Part shown: one piece after another, positions 36,335 to 44,953 of the stretch
How the letters are laid out: every line of letters starts with the position of its first letter
How positions within the stretch are numbered: position 1 is the first letter of the stretch
Source: an uncultured Verrucomicrobiae bacterium
GTDB taxonomy: Bacteria > Verrucomicrobiota > Verrucomicrobiia > Limisphaerales > UBA11358
Assembly (NCBI GenBank): GCA_963789335.1
Contig: CAWBKH010000013.1
Coordinates: 3,174 to 67,173, forward strand
Direction of reading: 5' to 3'
DNA: 64,000 bases
Notes under the pieces: generated by a model
Seen by the model: only the letters and a program-made list of their open reading frames with translations
Told to the model about the DNA's origin: nothing
Databases searched by the model: none
Made by a program: the position numbers and the translations under genes

Positions 36335-38914
36335 TCAGAACTGCGCCGTCAGCGCAAAATTAAAGAACGGCTGGTATGCCGAAACGGTGCCGGCGCTCAA
36401 AAGCGGCCAGGAGAAGAGAAATTGTGCCTGCCAGTGGGACCCGGTTGCGGCGGAGAATCCAAAACCCGTGCCCCAAAGCGGGGTTCTGGCCTGACGACCC
36501 TGGGGGGGATCCAGCAAATAGACGTCTGCATAATCCATATAGACCGAGCCGCGAATCGTCAGCGGCGCCCCGTCATAGACGGAGCCGACCACATGCGCCG
36601 GCGTTTGCTGTTCAAGGCTGACATGCCAGCCGGTGTCGCCGAAAACCTCGCCTTCGTGATAGCCCCGGACGCTGTTGACGCCACCCGCGCCATATTGTTC
36701 GGTACTGACCAACGGCTCGCTGGACCATTGGCCGTCCGCACGGATGGACGTCGTCCAATTGGTGTAAAAATCAATTTCCTGCGAGAAGCTGGGCCGGAGG
36801 ACCACCCAATGGCCGGTGGATTGAGCCGAGCCTGTTATAAATTGGAGACTTTTTTCACCCTCAAGTTCCACGCCTTGGTTGGTAAGCGTAGAGCTGGAAT
36901 ACCAAAGATTGGCGCTCAAGCCCAATCCCCAAGTGGCGGGACCAAACGCATCTTGCAGGCTCGCGCTGTAATTCAGCGATAAAGGCAAATAGTCCAGCGT
37001 CGGGTAGGTCGCCGGTACGGCGGATTCTTCATTCGCCGGGGGGTTTGCAACAATTTGGCCTGAAGAGTTTTTATAATAAGTCAAGTCGGTGAAAATATTG
37101 GTTCCATAGGAGCTCAAAGAATAGACTTTGTAATCAAGTCCCCCGGATAAGGAGGAATGGACACTGCCAATTTCCGGCAACGGTTTGGCCAACTGGAATC
37201 CAACATCTTCGTTAATCGTAACGTCCTGGTGAACTACTTGAGAGGTGAGCTGGCGCACAAAGGGAATGTCAAACAGGGTCTCACTGGAGATGGTTTCAAC
37301 GCCGGTGTCAATGGTGGCGCGGCTGCCGTACACAGTCAGTTCAGGCTGGCCAGAAGGCGGCGGCAGCCGGAATTGGCGCGTGGCTTCGCTGTAGCCGAAA
37401 CTGCCGGGTTTGCTCGCCACCACGTCCTCGATTGGCTCCGGGTTGCCCAGCGGCAGGCGGTAAAATCCACTGTAGTAGGCGACGATAGGCTGGTCGTAAA
37501 AATTCCATTGGCCACCCTGCTTATAGAGCTCCGGTGAGAAACCGTATTGGACGCCGAGCGAATTTTCGGCCTGCCAGAGATTGTCATAGACGGCCGAGCC
37601 GTTCACGCGCAGGTCCGGTGTGCCGGGCGAGTTTTGATTGTTGAATTCCACCTTGGCGTGGAGCGGCAGCCGGTCCTTGATGTTGAGGGTGAGTTCGCTG
37701 GTGTCTGGCACCGGGCCGGGACCGATGACGGGATAAATTTGCCGATCCTGATTGGCGTTGGCCCGGTTCAGTTCGGCATTGAAGATCGGGCCGTTGAGCA
37801 CCATGTTCGTGTGCAGGCTGGGCAACGCGCGCATCACGTTGTTGGAACTGAAGTAGCGGTTGCCAGTAACTTTGATGTCCGCCAGCCGGCCTTCCAACAC
37901 CCGCAATTTCACGGTCGCATTGGTGAGTTTCTGTTGGGGCACGTCCACCGCCACCGTTACATAGCCGCGCTCATGGTACGCCTTCCCCAGTTCGGTCACC
38001 ACCGTCTCAATCCCATCGAAGCTGACATTAGTGCCAAAAGCGCCGTCTATGTTGGTAATCGCCTCACCGATGGCCGCCGACGGCAAAATGGAGTTGCTGT
38101 TGATCAGATATTTTTCCACCTCAAACCGGGGACCGGCATTGGTCGAAACCACATGAACCCGGGTGTCTTTCGCCTCGGCATTCAACTCGGTCATCTTCCG
38201 ATGCAAGGCGGCGATCGCTTGGTACATTTCTGTGGGAGTGGCTGGTTTTGTGGCGAAGTTGATTGCCGGCGGCGCCGCATTGGTGGTGGCGGAGGCAACC
38301 GGCTTTTGGGGAGGAACGGGGGCGGCAGCCGGCGGTTTGGACACAATTTCCACACCGTTGCTCAGACTCAGGTAACGTTCACCAGCCACCACGATTTGTG
38401 GAATGGCTGTTTGAGCAACGTTAAACGTGACGATGCCGTCGGTGATTTGCTCCGGCACGAAGGCGATGCTTATCGCCGGATAACCTTGATTATGGTATTC
38501 CAATTGCAGGTCTGAGGCCGCCTGCACTATTTCCTCCAAACTGAGGTTCGGCCCGGCGTATTTGGAAACGATGGAGGCCACGGTATTCGTAGGAAGTAAT
38601 GGACTGCCTTCTACGACATAGGCCCGGACATTGAAGTGAGGAGCCGAGTTGCTTTCGACCATGACTGTTGCTTTGGCTGCCAGCAAGGAGGCCGGGGAGT
38701 TTTGTGAAGGAACAGATTCGGCTGCGGACGTTTTCAACGTCGTTCCTTGTACCCAGCAGCAAACAAGCAACAGCAGGCAAACGGCGCGGCTGCACTCAAA
38801 CCTCGGGCAAAAAAGGGAAAGCCGATCAGTCATATTTGCATTCGTTCGGCGCATGTGAATGCAACGCGACGGCAGAAGCGTGTTTGGTCGCGCAACATTG
38901 ATTGAACAGCCCAT
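36335..38914 (-). CDS. ShlB/FhaC/HecB-family TpsB outer-membrane transporter with an extra POTRA-like domain
   Basis: POTRA segments (F-x-V-x-x-Y...Y...GY...V-x-VP-x-Q), VRGYHEG motif, C-terminal ALTAQF. Start uncertain. Confidence 0.9.
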   Translation of the reverse strand: MGCSINVARPNTLLPSRCIHMRRTNANMTDRLSLFCPRFECSRAVCLLLLVCCWVQGTTLKTSAAESVPSQNSPASLLAAKATVMVESNSAPHFNVRAYVVEGSPLLPTNTVASIVSKYAGPNLSLEEIVQAASDLQLEYHNQGYPAISIAFVPEQITDGIVTFNVAQTAIPQIVVAGERYLSLSNGVEIVSKPPAAAPVPPQKPVASATTNAAPPAINFATKPATPTEMYQAIAALHRKMTELNAEAKDTRVHVVSTNAGPRFEVEKYLINSNSILPSAAIGEAITNIDGAFGTNVSFDGIETVVTELGKAYHERGYVTVAVDVPQQKLTNATVKLRVLEGRLADIKVTGNRYFSSNNVMRALPSLHTNMVLNGPIFNAELNRANANQDRQIYPVIGPGPVPDTSELTLNIKDRLPLHAKVEFNNQNSPGTPDLRVNGSAVYDNLWQAENSLGVQYGFSPELYKQGGQWNFYDQPIVAYYSGFYRLPLGNPEPIEDVVASKPGSFGYSEATRQFRLPPPSGQPELTVYGSRATIDTGVETISSETLFDIPFVRQLTSQVVHQDVTINEDVGFQLAKPLPEIGSVHSSLSGGLDYKVYSLSSYGTNIFTDLTYYKNSSGQIVANPPANEESAVPATYPTLDYLPLSLNYSASLQDAFGPATWGLGLSANLWYSSSTLTNQGVELEGEKSLQFITGSAQSTGHWVVLRPSFSQEIDFYTNWTTSIRADGQWSSEPLVSTEQYGAGGVNSVRGYHEGEVFGDTGWHVSLEQQTPAHVVGSVYDGAPLTIRGSVYMDYADVYLLDPPQGRQARTPLWGTGFGFSAATGSHWQAQFLFSWPLLSAGTVSAYQPFFNFALTAQF

Positions 38915-39481
38915 GCCGCAGCCCGCCGGTCACGACTGATTCCCCCCACATGAACTTTGGGCGGAATTGATGGTGGACAAAATGATCAGATTCATTGCTC
39001 GCAATAACACTCTGTCACATGACATGGCTCTCCCGCGACTTGCGGCTTAGGCAACACCTACAATGCTGTGATCAACACAGACGGTGAAAATTACACCACA
39101 CCAAACCAGTCGGCGCAGCCCGAAGGCGGGCACCTGAACATTCACGTCAGAGAAAGCTGGGCAATTTATATTACAGGCTTTTGTCGGAATTGTGACAATC
39201 CCGAAACAAAGAGCCTGGCGAAAACCGATGGAGTCCTTGAAAACTGAACACTGCCTGTGCCTAGCGTCACTGTCGGATGGTCTCCGCGCGACAAACAACG
39301 GATCAAAAATAAGAAATCAAGTTTCCAGTATTTTTCGGAAACGCCACTGGTTCGTAACATTCACTTCTCAAGATGAGGCGTTGCCACGCTGGCGTATCAG
39401 GAGAGCGGATGAAGAAGAGTTGTTTGGCAACCGCCAGAATCGCAATTAAGTCACTAAAGACACTTTGGAAATTCTGAGAGA

Positions 39482-40354
39482 ATGAAGCGACCGCAGCGTA
39501 CATACGAACCTCATTTGGTCATTCGGGAAATTTCGGTGCCGCCAGGGGGAGAATGGGTGCCGCGATCGCCCGGTTGGTCGCTGATTCAAATGGCCCGCGG
39601 AACCGGTTATTACCTTCAACCACAATTGAGTCAAGAGCTTAAAACAGGAACGGCTCTTTTGGTTGCGGGTCATGGGCAAGGAAGCATTCGCGCCAGCCAA
39701 TTGGGCGGGTTGTCACTATGTGTGTTCAACGTGATTCCGGCGCGGCTTACCGGCCTGATCACCTTGGGCGAACAGGATTTTCTCGAGACGGCGGCCGCCC
39801 GGAAGGAATTTCCCCTTCGAATTCTTCCACCGCAAAATCCGGTTGCCGTGAAAATGATGGAACTGTACGCCGGTCGGAGTTCGGCTGGATTGTTATTCCG
39901 ATTGAACCTGCTTCAACTTTTTGCCGAGGTTTTCGGCAGTGAATTGGAGCAAGCCGCGTCCAATTGGGAGACCGCCGACGCCAAGGAGCGGTTGCGGGTG
40001 TTATTGGAGCGGACGCCGTCGGCTGAGTTGCTGGAAATGAGCTTCGACGAGTTGGCGCGGATGACCCATTGCACGTCGCGGCATCTAAGCCGGATTTTTC
40101 GCGAGTTGGTTGGCATGTCATTTCGCGACAAGCGCGCCGAACTTCGACTGACGCGCGCCCGCGACCTGCTCGCCACCAGCAGATCCAAGGTGGTGGAGGT
40201 GGCCTTGGAGAGCGGATACAAGTCTTTAAGTTTGTTCAATCTGATGTTCACGCGCCATTTTGGAACCAGCCCCGGCCGGTGGCGGCAGAAATATCGGAAC
40301 AACGGAAACGGCAAAAGCATTCGAAGCAAAAGAGTGCCACCGTTCGCGATTTAA
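39482..40354 (+). CDS. AraC-family transcriptional regulator
   Basis: LARMTHCTSRHLSRIFRELVG...VALESGYKSLSLFNLMFTRHFGTSPGRWR. Confidence 0.9.
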   Translation: MKRPQRTYEPHLVIREISVPPGGEWVPRSPGWSLIQMARGTGYYLQPQLSQELKTGTALLVAGHGQGSIRASQLGGLSLCVFNVIPARLTGLITLGEQDFLETAAARKEFPLRILPPQNPVAVKMMELYAGRSSAGLLFRLNLLQLFAEVFGSELEQAASNWETADAKERLRVLLERTPSAELLEMSFDELARMTHCTSRHLSRIFRELVGMSFRDKRAELRLTRARDLLATSRSKVVEVALESGYKSLSLFNLMFTRHFGTSPGRWRQKYRNNGNGKSIRSKRVPPFAI

Positions 40355-40504
40355 AGAAAATCGGAGGGTGCTTCCGGCGTGTCCATGCGGGCGTATGATC
40401 GGCGATCCGAGGATTTCCGTTCAAAGCCGACCTGACGAATCTTTTCAAAATTGTCGCAATTTTGACACATGGCAGTCACATCCCGCCATTAGCTTCTTAA
40501 GCTG

Positions 40505-41410
40505 ATGATTGTTGAGCGACATCTCATCTTGCAGGAGTTGACGCTGCCGCCCTCCACCGAATGGCCTCCCCGTTGCAATGGATGGCTGATGGTGCGTGTG
40601 GCGGTGGGAACGGGCTACTGGTTGCAACATGGTGTCGAACCCCGGCAATTGACGGTTGGTGATGGTTTGATTGCCACTCACAATGTTGACGGTGTCATCC
40701 GGGCCAGCCAGCTTGGCCCGCTGAAACTGCAGTTTTTCACCGTCCAATTGCAATACCTCAACGGCGTGCTCACCGTGGCGGAATGGCAGCAACTGGAGAT
40801 TGACCCGAACAATCCAGCGCCGCCCGTTTCCCTTTTCAAGGCTGAAGAACCCATCGGAAAAAGATTCATGCGGTTGGCCGACCAAACACGCAGCAACCGG
40901 TTGCCTATGCGCTGCGCGTTGCTGCAGCTATGGGCCAACGCCGTGGCCGGCCTGTTGCCGGCCTCGGTTTCTGCTTCCACCAGCGGCAATAAACTCCGCG
41001 ATCATATCCGGGAACTGGTCGGGCAAATGACCGAAGCCGAACTTTCCGAACATTCCTTGACGGAGCTGGCCCGGCAGTTGCATTGCAGCGAACGCCATTT
41101 CAGCCGCTTGTTCCGCGAGGAATTCGGCGTGCCATTTCACGCGCGGCAGATCGAATTGCGCCTTCAACGCGCGCGCCAATTGCTGGCGGAACCCGATGCC
41201 AAAATTATTAATGTCGCCTACGACAGCGGCTACCGGCACCTCGGCCTGTTCAATGCCTTGTTTAAAAAGCGTTTTGGCCAGACGCCCGCTGAATGGCGCC
41301 GGCAATACCTTCGTAAAGGCCATTCGTCTTCCCATAGAAATCATCCCTCTCATTTGGCTGAACGTGCCGCCCTCTTGCTTGCGGTACTCAGCCTTCATTT
41401 CATTTTGTAA
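40505..41410 (+). CDS. AraC-family transcriptional regulator (paralogue of the upstream gene)
   Basis: LARQLHCSERHFSRLFREEFG...VAYDSGYRHLGLFNALFKKRFGQTPAEWR; the N-terminal domains are similar (HLxxxE..PP..EW.PR..GW...GTGY). Confidence 0.9.
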   Translation: MIVERHLILQELTLPPSTEWPPRCNGWLMVRVAVGTGYWLQHGVEPRQLTVGDGLIATHNVDGVIRASQLGPLKLQFFTVQLQYLNGVLTVAEWQQLEIDPNNPAPPVSLFKAEEPIGKRFMRLADQTRSNRLPMRCALLQLWANAVAGLLPASVSASTSGNKLRDHIRELVGQMTEAELSEHSLTELARQLHCSERHFSRLFREEFGVPFHARQIELRLQRARQLLAEPDAKIINVAYDSGYRHLGLFNALFKKRFGQTPAEWRRQYLRKGHSSSHRNHPSHLAERAALLLAVLSLHFIL

Positions 41411-41505
41411 GTATGGACGCCTGCCTCTGTAGAATGAATGGAACGTTGGTTGACATGCACTTTGACTTGGTCGCGGACAACGCATCCAGTCGCCATGAAT
41501 TTGAA

Positions 41506-41522
41506 TGTTACCTATTTGTAAC
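41506..41522 (+). promoter_or_regulatory. Pho-box-like direct repeat upstream of exbB
   Basis: TGTTAC-ctatt-TGTAAC. Confidence 0.6.
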
Positions 41523-41725
41523 CTGCATGCAGAAGCCATTGGTATAAAGTGCAAAAGCAGTGCTATGTGTGTGGCCCAGCCCAACATCTGGTTTTGTAAA
41601 CCGTCACCGGAACTCGGTGAAACGGTTGTGTCATCAATGGGCCGGCCGATCTGCAAATTCGCCTGTGATTTTAACAACCAGGAATTGTCCAAAAACCAAA
41701 CCTCAACCAAATATTTATAACCACC

Positions 41726-42598
41726 ATGTTTGTTCAACCCCTGTTCGCCGCAAATGCCGCGGTGTACGCCATTCAAAACGCCACCCCTGAGGGCAAGATC
41801 ACCGTCATCGTGCTGCTGATCCTGTCGTTGTTCAGTTGGACGATCATCATCACCAAGTTCCGCCAGTTGATGATCGCGCGCAGGGCGACCAAAATGTTTT
41901 TTGCCGCCTACAACTCCACGCGCGATCCGCTCGACATCCAGCGCAAGGGGGAGACATTCGACGGCGCGCCCGCCTACCAGCTTTACATCCGCGGTGCGGA
42001 TGAACTGGTGTATCAATTGAAAAATAATCCGGTGCAGGTTGAAATCGTTGCCCCCACAACTCCGACGGAAGGGGTGGAACATACCAACACCGATTTTCTT
42101 GCCCGGTCCACGGCGGTGAAGGTCAGCATGGCGTCATTCGATGCGGTGAAGGTGATTTTGGAAGAAGCCGCCAGCGGGGAGGCGATGTCGTTGGAAAAGG
42201 GCATGATTGTGCTGTCCACGGCAGTCGCAGGCGGGCCGTTCATCGGGTTGCTCGGTACGGTCTGGGGCGTCATGTCCACCTTCGCCGGTATCGCCGAAAG
42301 CAAAGCCGCCACCCTTACGGCCATGGCACCCGGTGTGGCGGCCGCCTTGGTCGCCACGGTCACCGGTCTATTGGTGGCCATCCCGGCCATGTTCGCGTAC
42401 AACTTCATGGTTACCACCATCCGTGCCATTACGCAGGAGTTGGACGGGTTTGCCAGCCGCTACGCCAATCAGATTGAACACGTTTATGTGGATCACCGTC
42501 CGCTCGCCGAGGAAATCCGGAACGCCAATGAAGTGCTGGCCGGTCGCATCGTCGGCGCGCTGAAAGACAACGAAGCACACGCGCTCGTTGAATCATGA
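41726..42598 (+). CDS. exbB: MotA/TolQ/ExbB proton-channel protein
   Basis: GPFIGLLGTVWGVMSTF...APGVAAALVATVTGLLVAIPA. Confidence 0.9.
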   Translation: MFVQPLFAANAAVYAIQNATPEGKITVIVLLILSLFSWTIIITKFRQLMIARRATKMFFAAYNSTRDPLDIQRKGETFDGAPAYQLYIRGADELVYQLKNNPVQVEIVAPTTPTEGVEHTNTDFLARSTAVKVSMASFDAVKVILEEAASGEAMSLEKGMIVLSTAVAGGPFIGLLGTVWGVMSTFAGIAESKAATLTAMAPGVAAALVATVTGLLVAIPAMFAYNFMVTTIRAITQELDGFASRYANQIEHVYVDHRPLAEEIRNANEVLAGRIVGALKDNEAHALVES

Positions 42599-43011
42599 AG
42601 AAGTGTTCCAAGTCCGCGCATGAATCGTTGACGCAGTTGAACATCACACCGCTACTGGATTTGGCGTTTGTACTGCTGGTCATCTTTATCATCACGACCA
42701 TACCGCCGGTCAACGATCTGAGTTTGAAATTGCCCACCGCAACCAAGCATCTCAAGGATCCTCCCCGCAAGGCCAATTACATCACCGTCCAGGCCGACGG
42801 TGCGATGTATTTGAACAAGGCGAAAATTGCCAATGCCTCCGACATGCTACAGACCCTCATCGGCCTGCGCACAGATGACCCGGACCTGAACATCATCATT
42901 CGCGGCGACAGCCAGACCAAATACCGGCAGATCCGCGCCGTGCTCGATGTGTGCCAGCAGGCCAACGTGCCCAAGGTGGACTTGGCCACCGAGCCTGCGA
43001 ATGGAAAATAA
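42595..43011 (+). CDS. exbD: ExbD/TolR protein
   Basis: LNITPLLDLAFVLLVIFIIT; IIIRGDSQTKY. Confidence 0.9.
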   Translation: MKKCSKSAHESLTQLNITPLLDLAFVLLVIFIITTIPPVNDLSLKLPTATKHLKDPPRKANYITVQADGAMYLNKAKIANASDMLQTLIGLRTDDPDLNIIIRGDSQTKYRQIRAVLDVCQQANVPKVDLATEPANGK

Positions 43012-43014
43012 CCC

Positions 43015-43682
43015 ATGCTGCCGCAGACTCAGCCGCGTAAAAAACGCAACTCGTCAAAGGTGAACCTGCTCATCTCGTTCGTCTTTCATTCGTTGATCGT
43101 GCTCGTGGCGCTCTATTTTGCCGCGCGACATGGATTGCTGGGCAAACAAATCCAGAAAATTTCGGTGGAGATGATCAAGGAGAAACCGCCCGAGAAGCCC
43201 AAGCCGCCGGAAAAACCCAAGGTCGAGCCGCCCAAAGTCGAGCAGCTCAAAATCGTTGCCACGCCCAAAGTCGAGCCGCCCAAGGAAACGGCGCCCCCGT
43301 GGCGGCTCCGCCCACCGTCGCGCCGCCGGCGGCCGAACTGCCGTCGTTCGTCTTCAGCGGTGGCCGGACCGTTGAGAGCAGTTCCGATCCCGTCCAGCTT
43401 TATAAGGGATTGCTCGAATACGCGTTTCGCTCAAAGTGGGACCGTCCCCAAAACATGCACGACGATGATTACGTGGCGGAGGTGAGGGTGGCGGTGGATA
43501 GCGACGGACAAATCAGCCATCTGAAATGGCTCAAAGGCTCGGGCAACACGCGCTGGGACGAGTCGGTGCGGCGCGCTTTGGCCGCCGTGACGCAGATGGA
43601 TCGCCCACCACCCACCAATTTTCCGCCGCAGGTGGTGATTCGTTTCGATGTGCAGCAGGAAACCGAACCGGTGCTCCAGTGA
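43015..43682 (+). CDS. tonB: TonB/TolA-like energy transducer, frameshifted in a C5 run (43294..43298)
   Basis: TM anchor with SFVFH, Pro/Lys-rich linker; adding one C joins the C-terminal domain (WDRP...VAVDSDG...GSGN..WD.SV..AL). Confidence 0.8.
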
Positions 43683-43686
43683 TTTT

Positions 43687-44106
43687 GTGAAAAAAACGTC
43701 CCACAGCCATCATAGTTCGCTCAGCGAATTGAACATCACGCCGCTGCTGGATTTGGTGTTCGTGCTGCTGGTCATTTTCATCATCACCACGCCGCAGATG
43801 ATGAACAATCTGGAGATGACGCTGCCTTCGGGGAAGCCGCCGCCCAAAACCAACCAGCCCAAACCCAAAATCAACAAGATTGTGGTGGACGCAAAGGGCC
43901 AAACCTTTTTGAACGATGAGCTGGTTACTATTCCCCAGCTCAAGGACAAACTGCAGCAATTGCAGGTGGATAATCCCGACTTGAGCGTGGTGGTCAAGGG
44001 CGCCGACGCCGTGAATTACCAGCACATGATCAACGTGCTGGACGTGCTCCGGCAATTGGACATCACCAAGGTCGGCCTGGCTACGGAGGCGGGCGCAACT
44101 CCTTGA
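43687..44106 (+). CDS. exbD: Second ExbD/TolR protein
   Basis: LNITPLLDLVFVLLVIFIITTP; VVVKGADAVNY; GTG start. Confidence 0.9.
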   Translation: MKKTSHSHHSSLSELNITPLLDLVFVLLVIFIITTPQMMNNLEMTLPSGKPPPKTNQPKPKINKIVVDAKGQTFLNDELVTIPQLKDKLQQLQVDNPDLSVVVKGADAVNYQHMINVLDVLRQLDITKVGLATEAGATP

Positions 44107-44219
44107 GCGGGCGTCGCAACAAGTCAATTTGCGTCCGAGCCGGGCGAGCGAAATCATTCCCTTCCGTTGCCCGCTGCGTGTTCAATCGCCCTGTTACCTG
44201 TTCCAGTGTTCCCCAGCGT

Positions 44220-44372
44220 TCACTTGTGGAACCGGAAATTCGTCAAGTCGTAGTCCTGCATGACGTATAGCTTCGTCTTCAGTCGCATTTTGTTGGCGCG
44301 CTTGGCCTGCGTTACGCCGCCCGCCGCGATGAAATCCGCATAGCTGATGATTTCCACGTGGATGAACCCTTT
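44220..44372 (-). pseudogene. ychF: Degenerate 3' fragment of ychF (Obg-family ATPase)
   Basis: KGFIHVEIISYADFIAAGGVTQAKRANKMRLKTKLYVMQDYDLTNFRF resembles the YchF C-terminus (KGFIRAEV..Y.DF...GG...AK..GK.RLEGK.Y.VQDGD...FRF). Confidence 0.7.
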
Positions 44373-44666
44373 CGGGATGTACAGCGGTGCGCATTTTTCC
44401 GGCATTGATTTCCGCTTAAAATGCGGCGACAAATATAGAATGCAATCAAACCGCCCCGTAAGCCTGACAAAAAATGTCCAAAGAGATAACTCAAGTCGGA
44501 GCCAGCGCCGTAACCAGAGATGGGGTGGCTTAGGAGAAGCACGCTGGCAACCGCCTCACGCCTTGTCTCCAGCATGAAAAATCGAAACTAACCCCCTCAA
44601 AATGTGCCAGCAATCCTCATCTGGTGAGGGTTAAATTGAGTTAAAAGGAGTCGGGTGGGGTTAACC

Positions 44667-44694
44667 TTGACATAAAACGTAACGGCCTTACACT
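44667..44694 (+). promoter_or_regulatory. Outward-facing sigma70-type promoter inside the island's right end
   Basis: TTGACA-N16-TACACT about 60 bp before attR. Confidence 0.55.
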
Positions 44695-44755
44695 CCACAC
44701 ATCAGCGATGCCATAGACATTTGATTCTGAGGATCTTGTGCGCTGCGGAGTTGTG

Positions 44756-44778
44756 CAATCCCGGCCATTGGCTCCATC
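44756..44778 (+). repeat. attR: displaced tRNA-Thr(CGT) 3' fragment
   Basis: Identical to 12038..12060; followed by a T-tract. Confidence 0.9.
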
Positions 44779-44953
44779 TTTTTTAATCAAATGACTGGTG
44801 TGTTGTCACTCCAGCCAGCCTGAACGAATGAGGCTGCGTCGTCCTGCCAACGACCGGCGTTCCGCGCAACCGGCAAAAGTGTTCAGGCGTTGCAAATTCG
44901 GCTGGCCAAAGCTTGAATGAATCATCTGGTTTACCGTCAAAGCACAAACTCTC

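Larger units (their letters stand above)
12038..44778. mobile_element. 32.7-kb genomic island integrated at tRNA-Thr(CGT); degenerate integrative/mobilisable element
   Basis: Perfect 23-bp flanking direct repeat, MobF relaxase remnant at the left end, GTGCCAGC repeats near both ends, accessory cargo. Confidence 0.85.

Noticed and set aside
44780-44953. Moco riboswitch upstream of xdhC
   Set aside because: No supportable conserved structure seen; an Rfam/Infernal scan would be needed.
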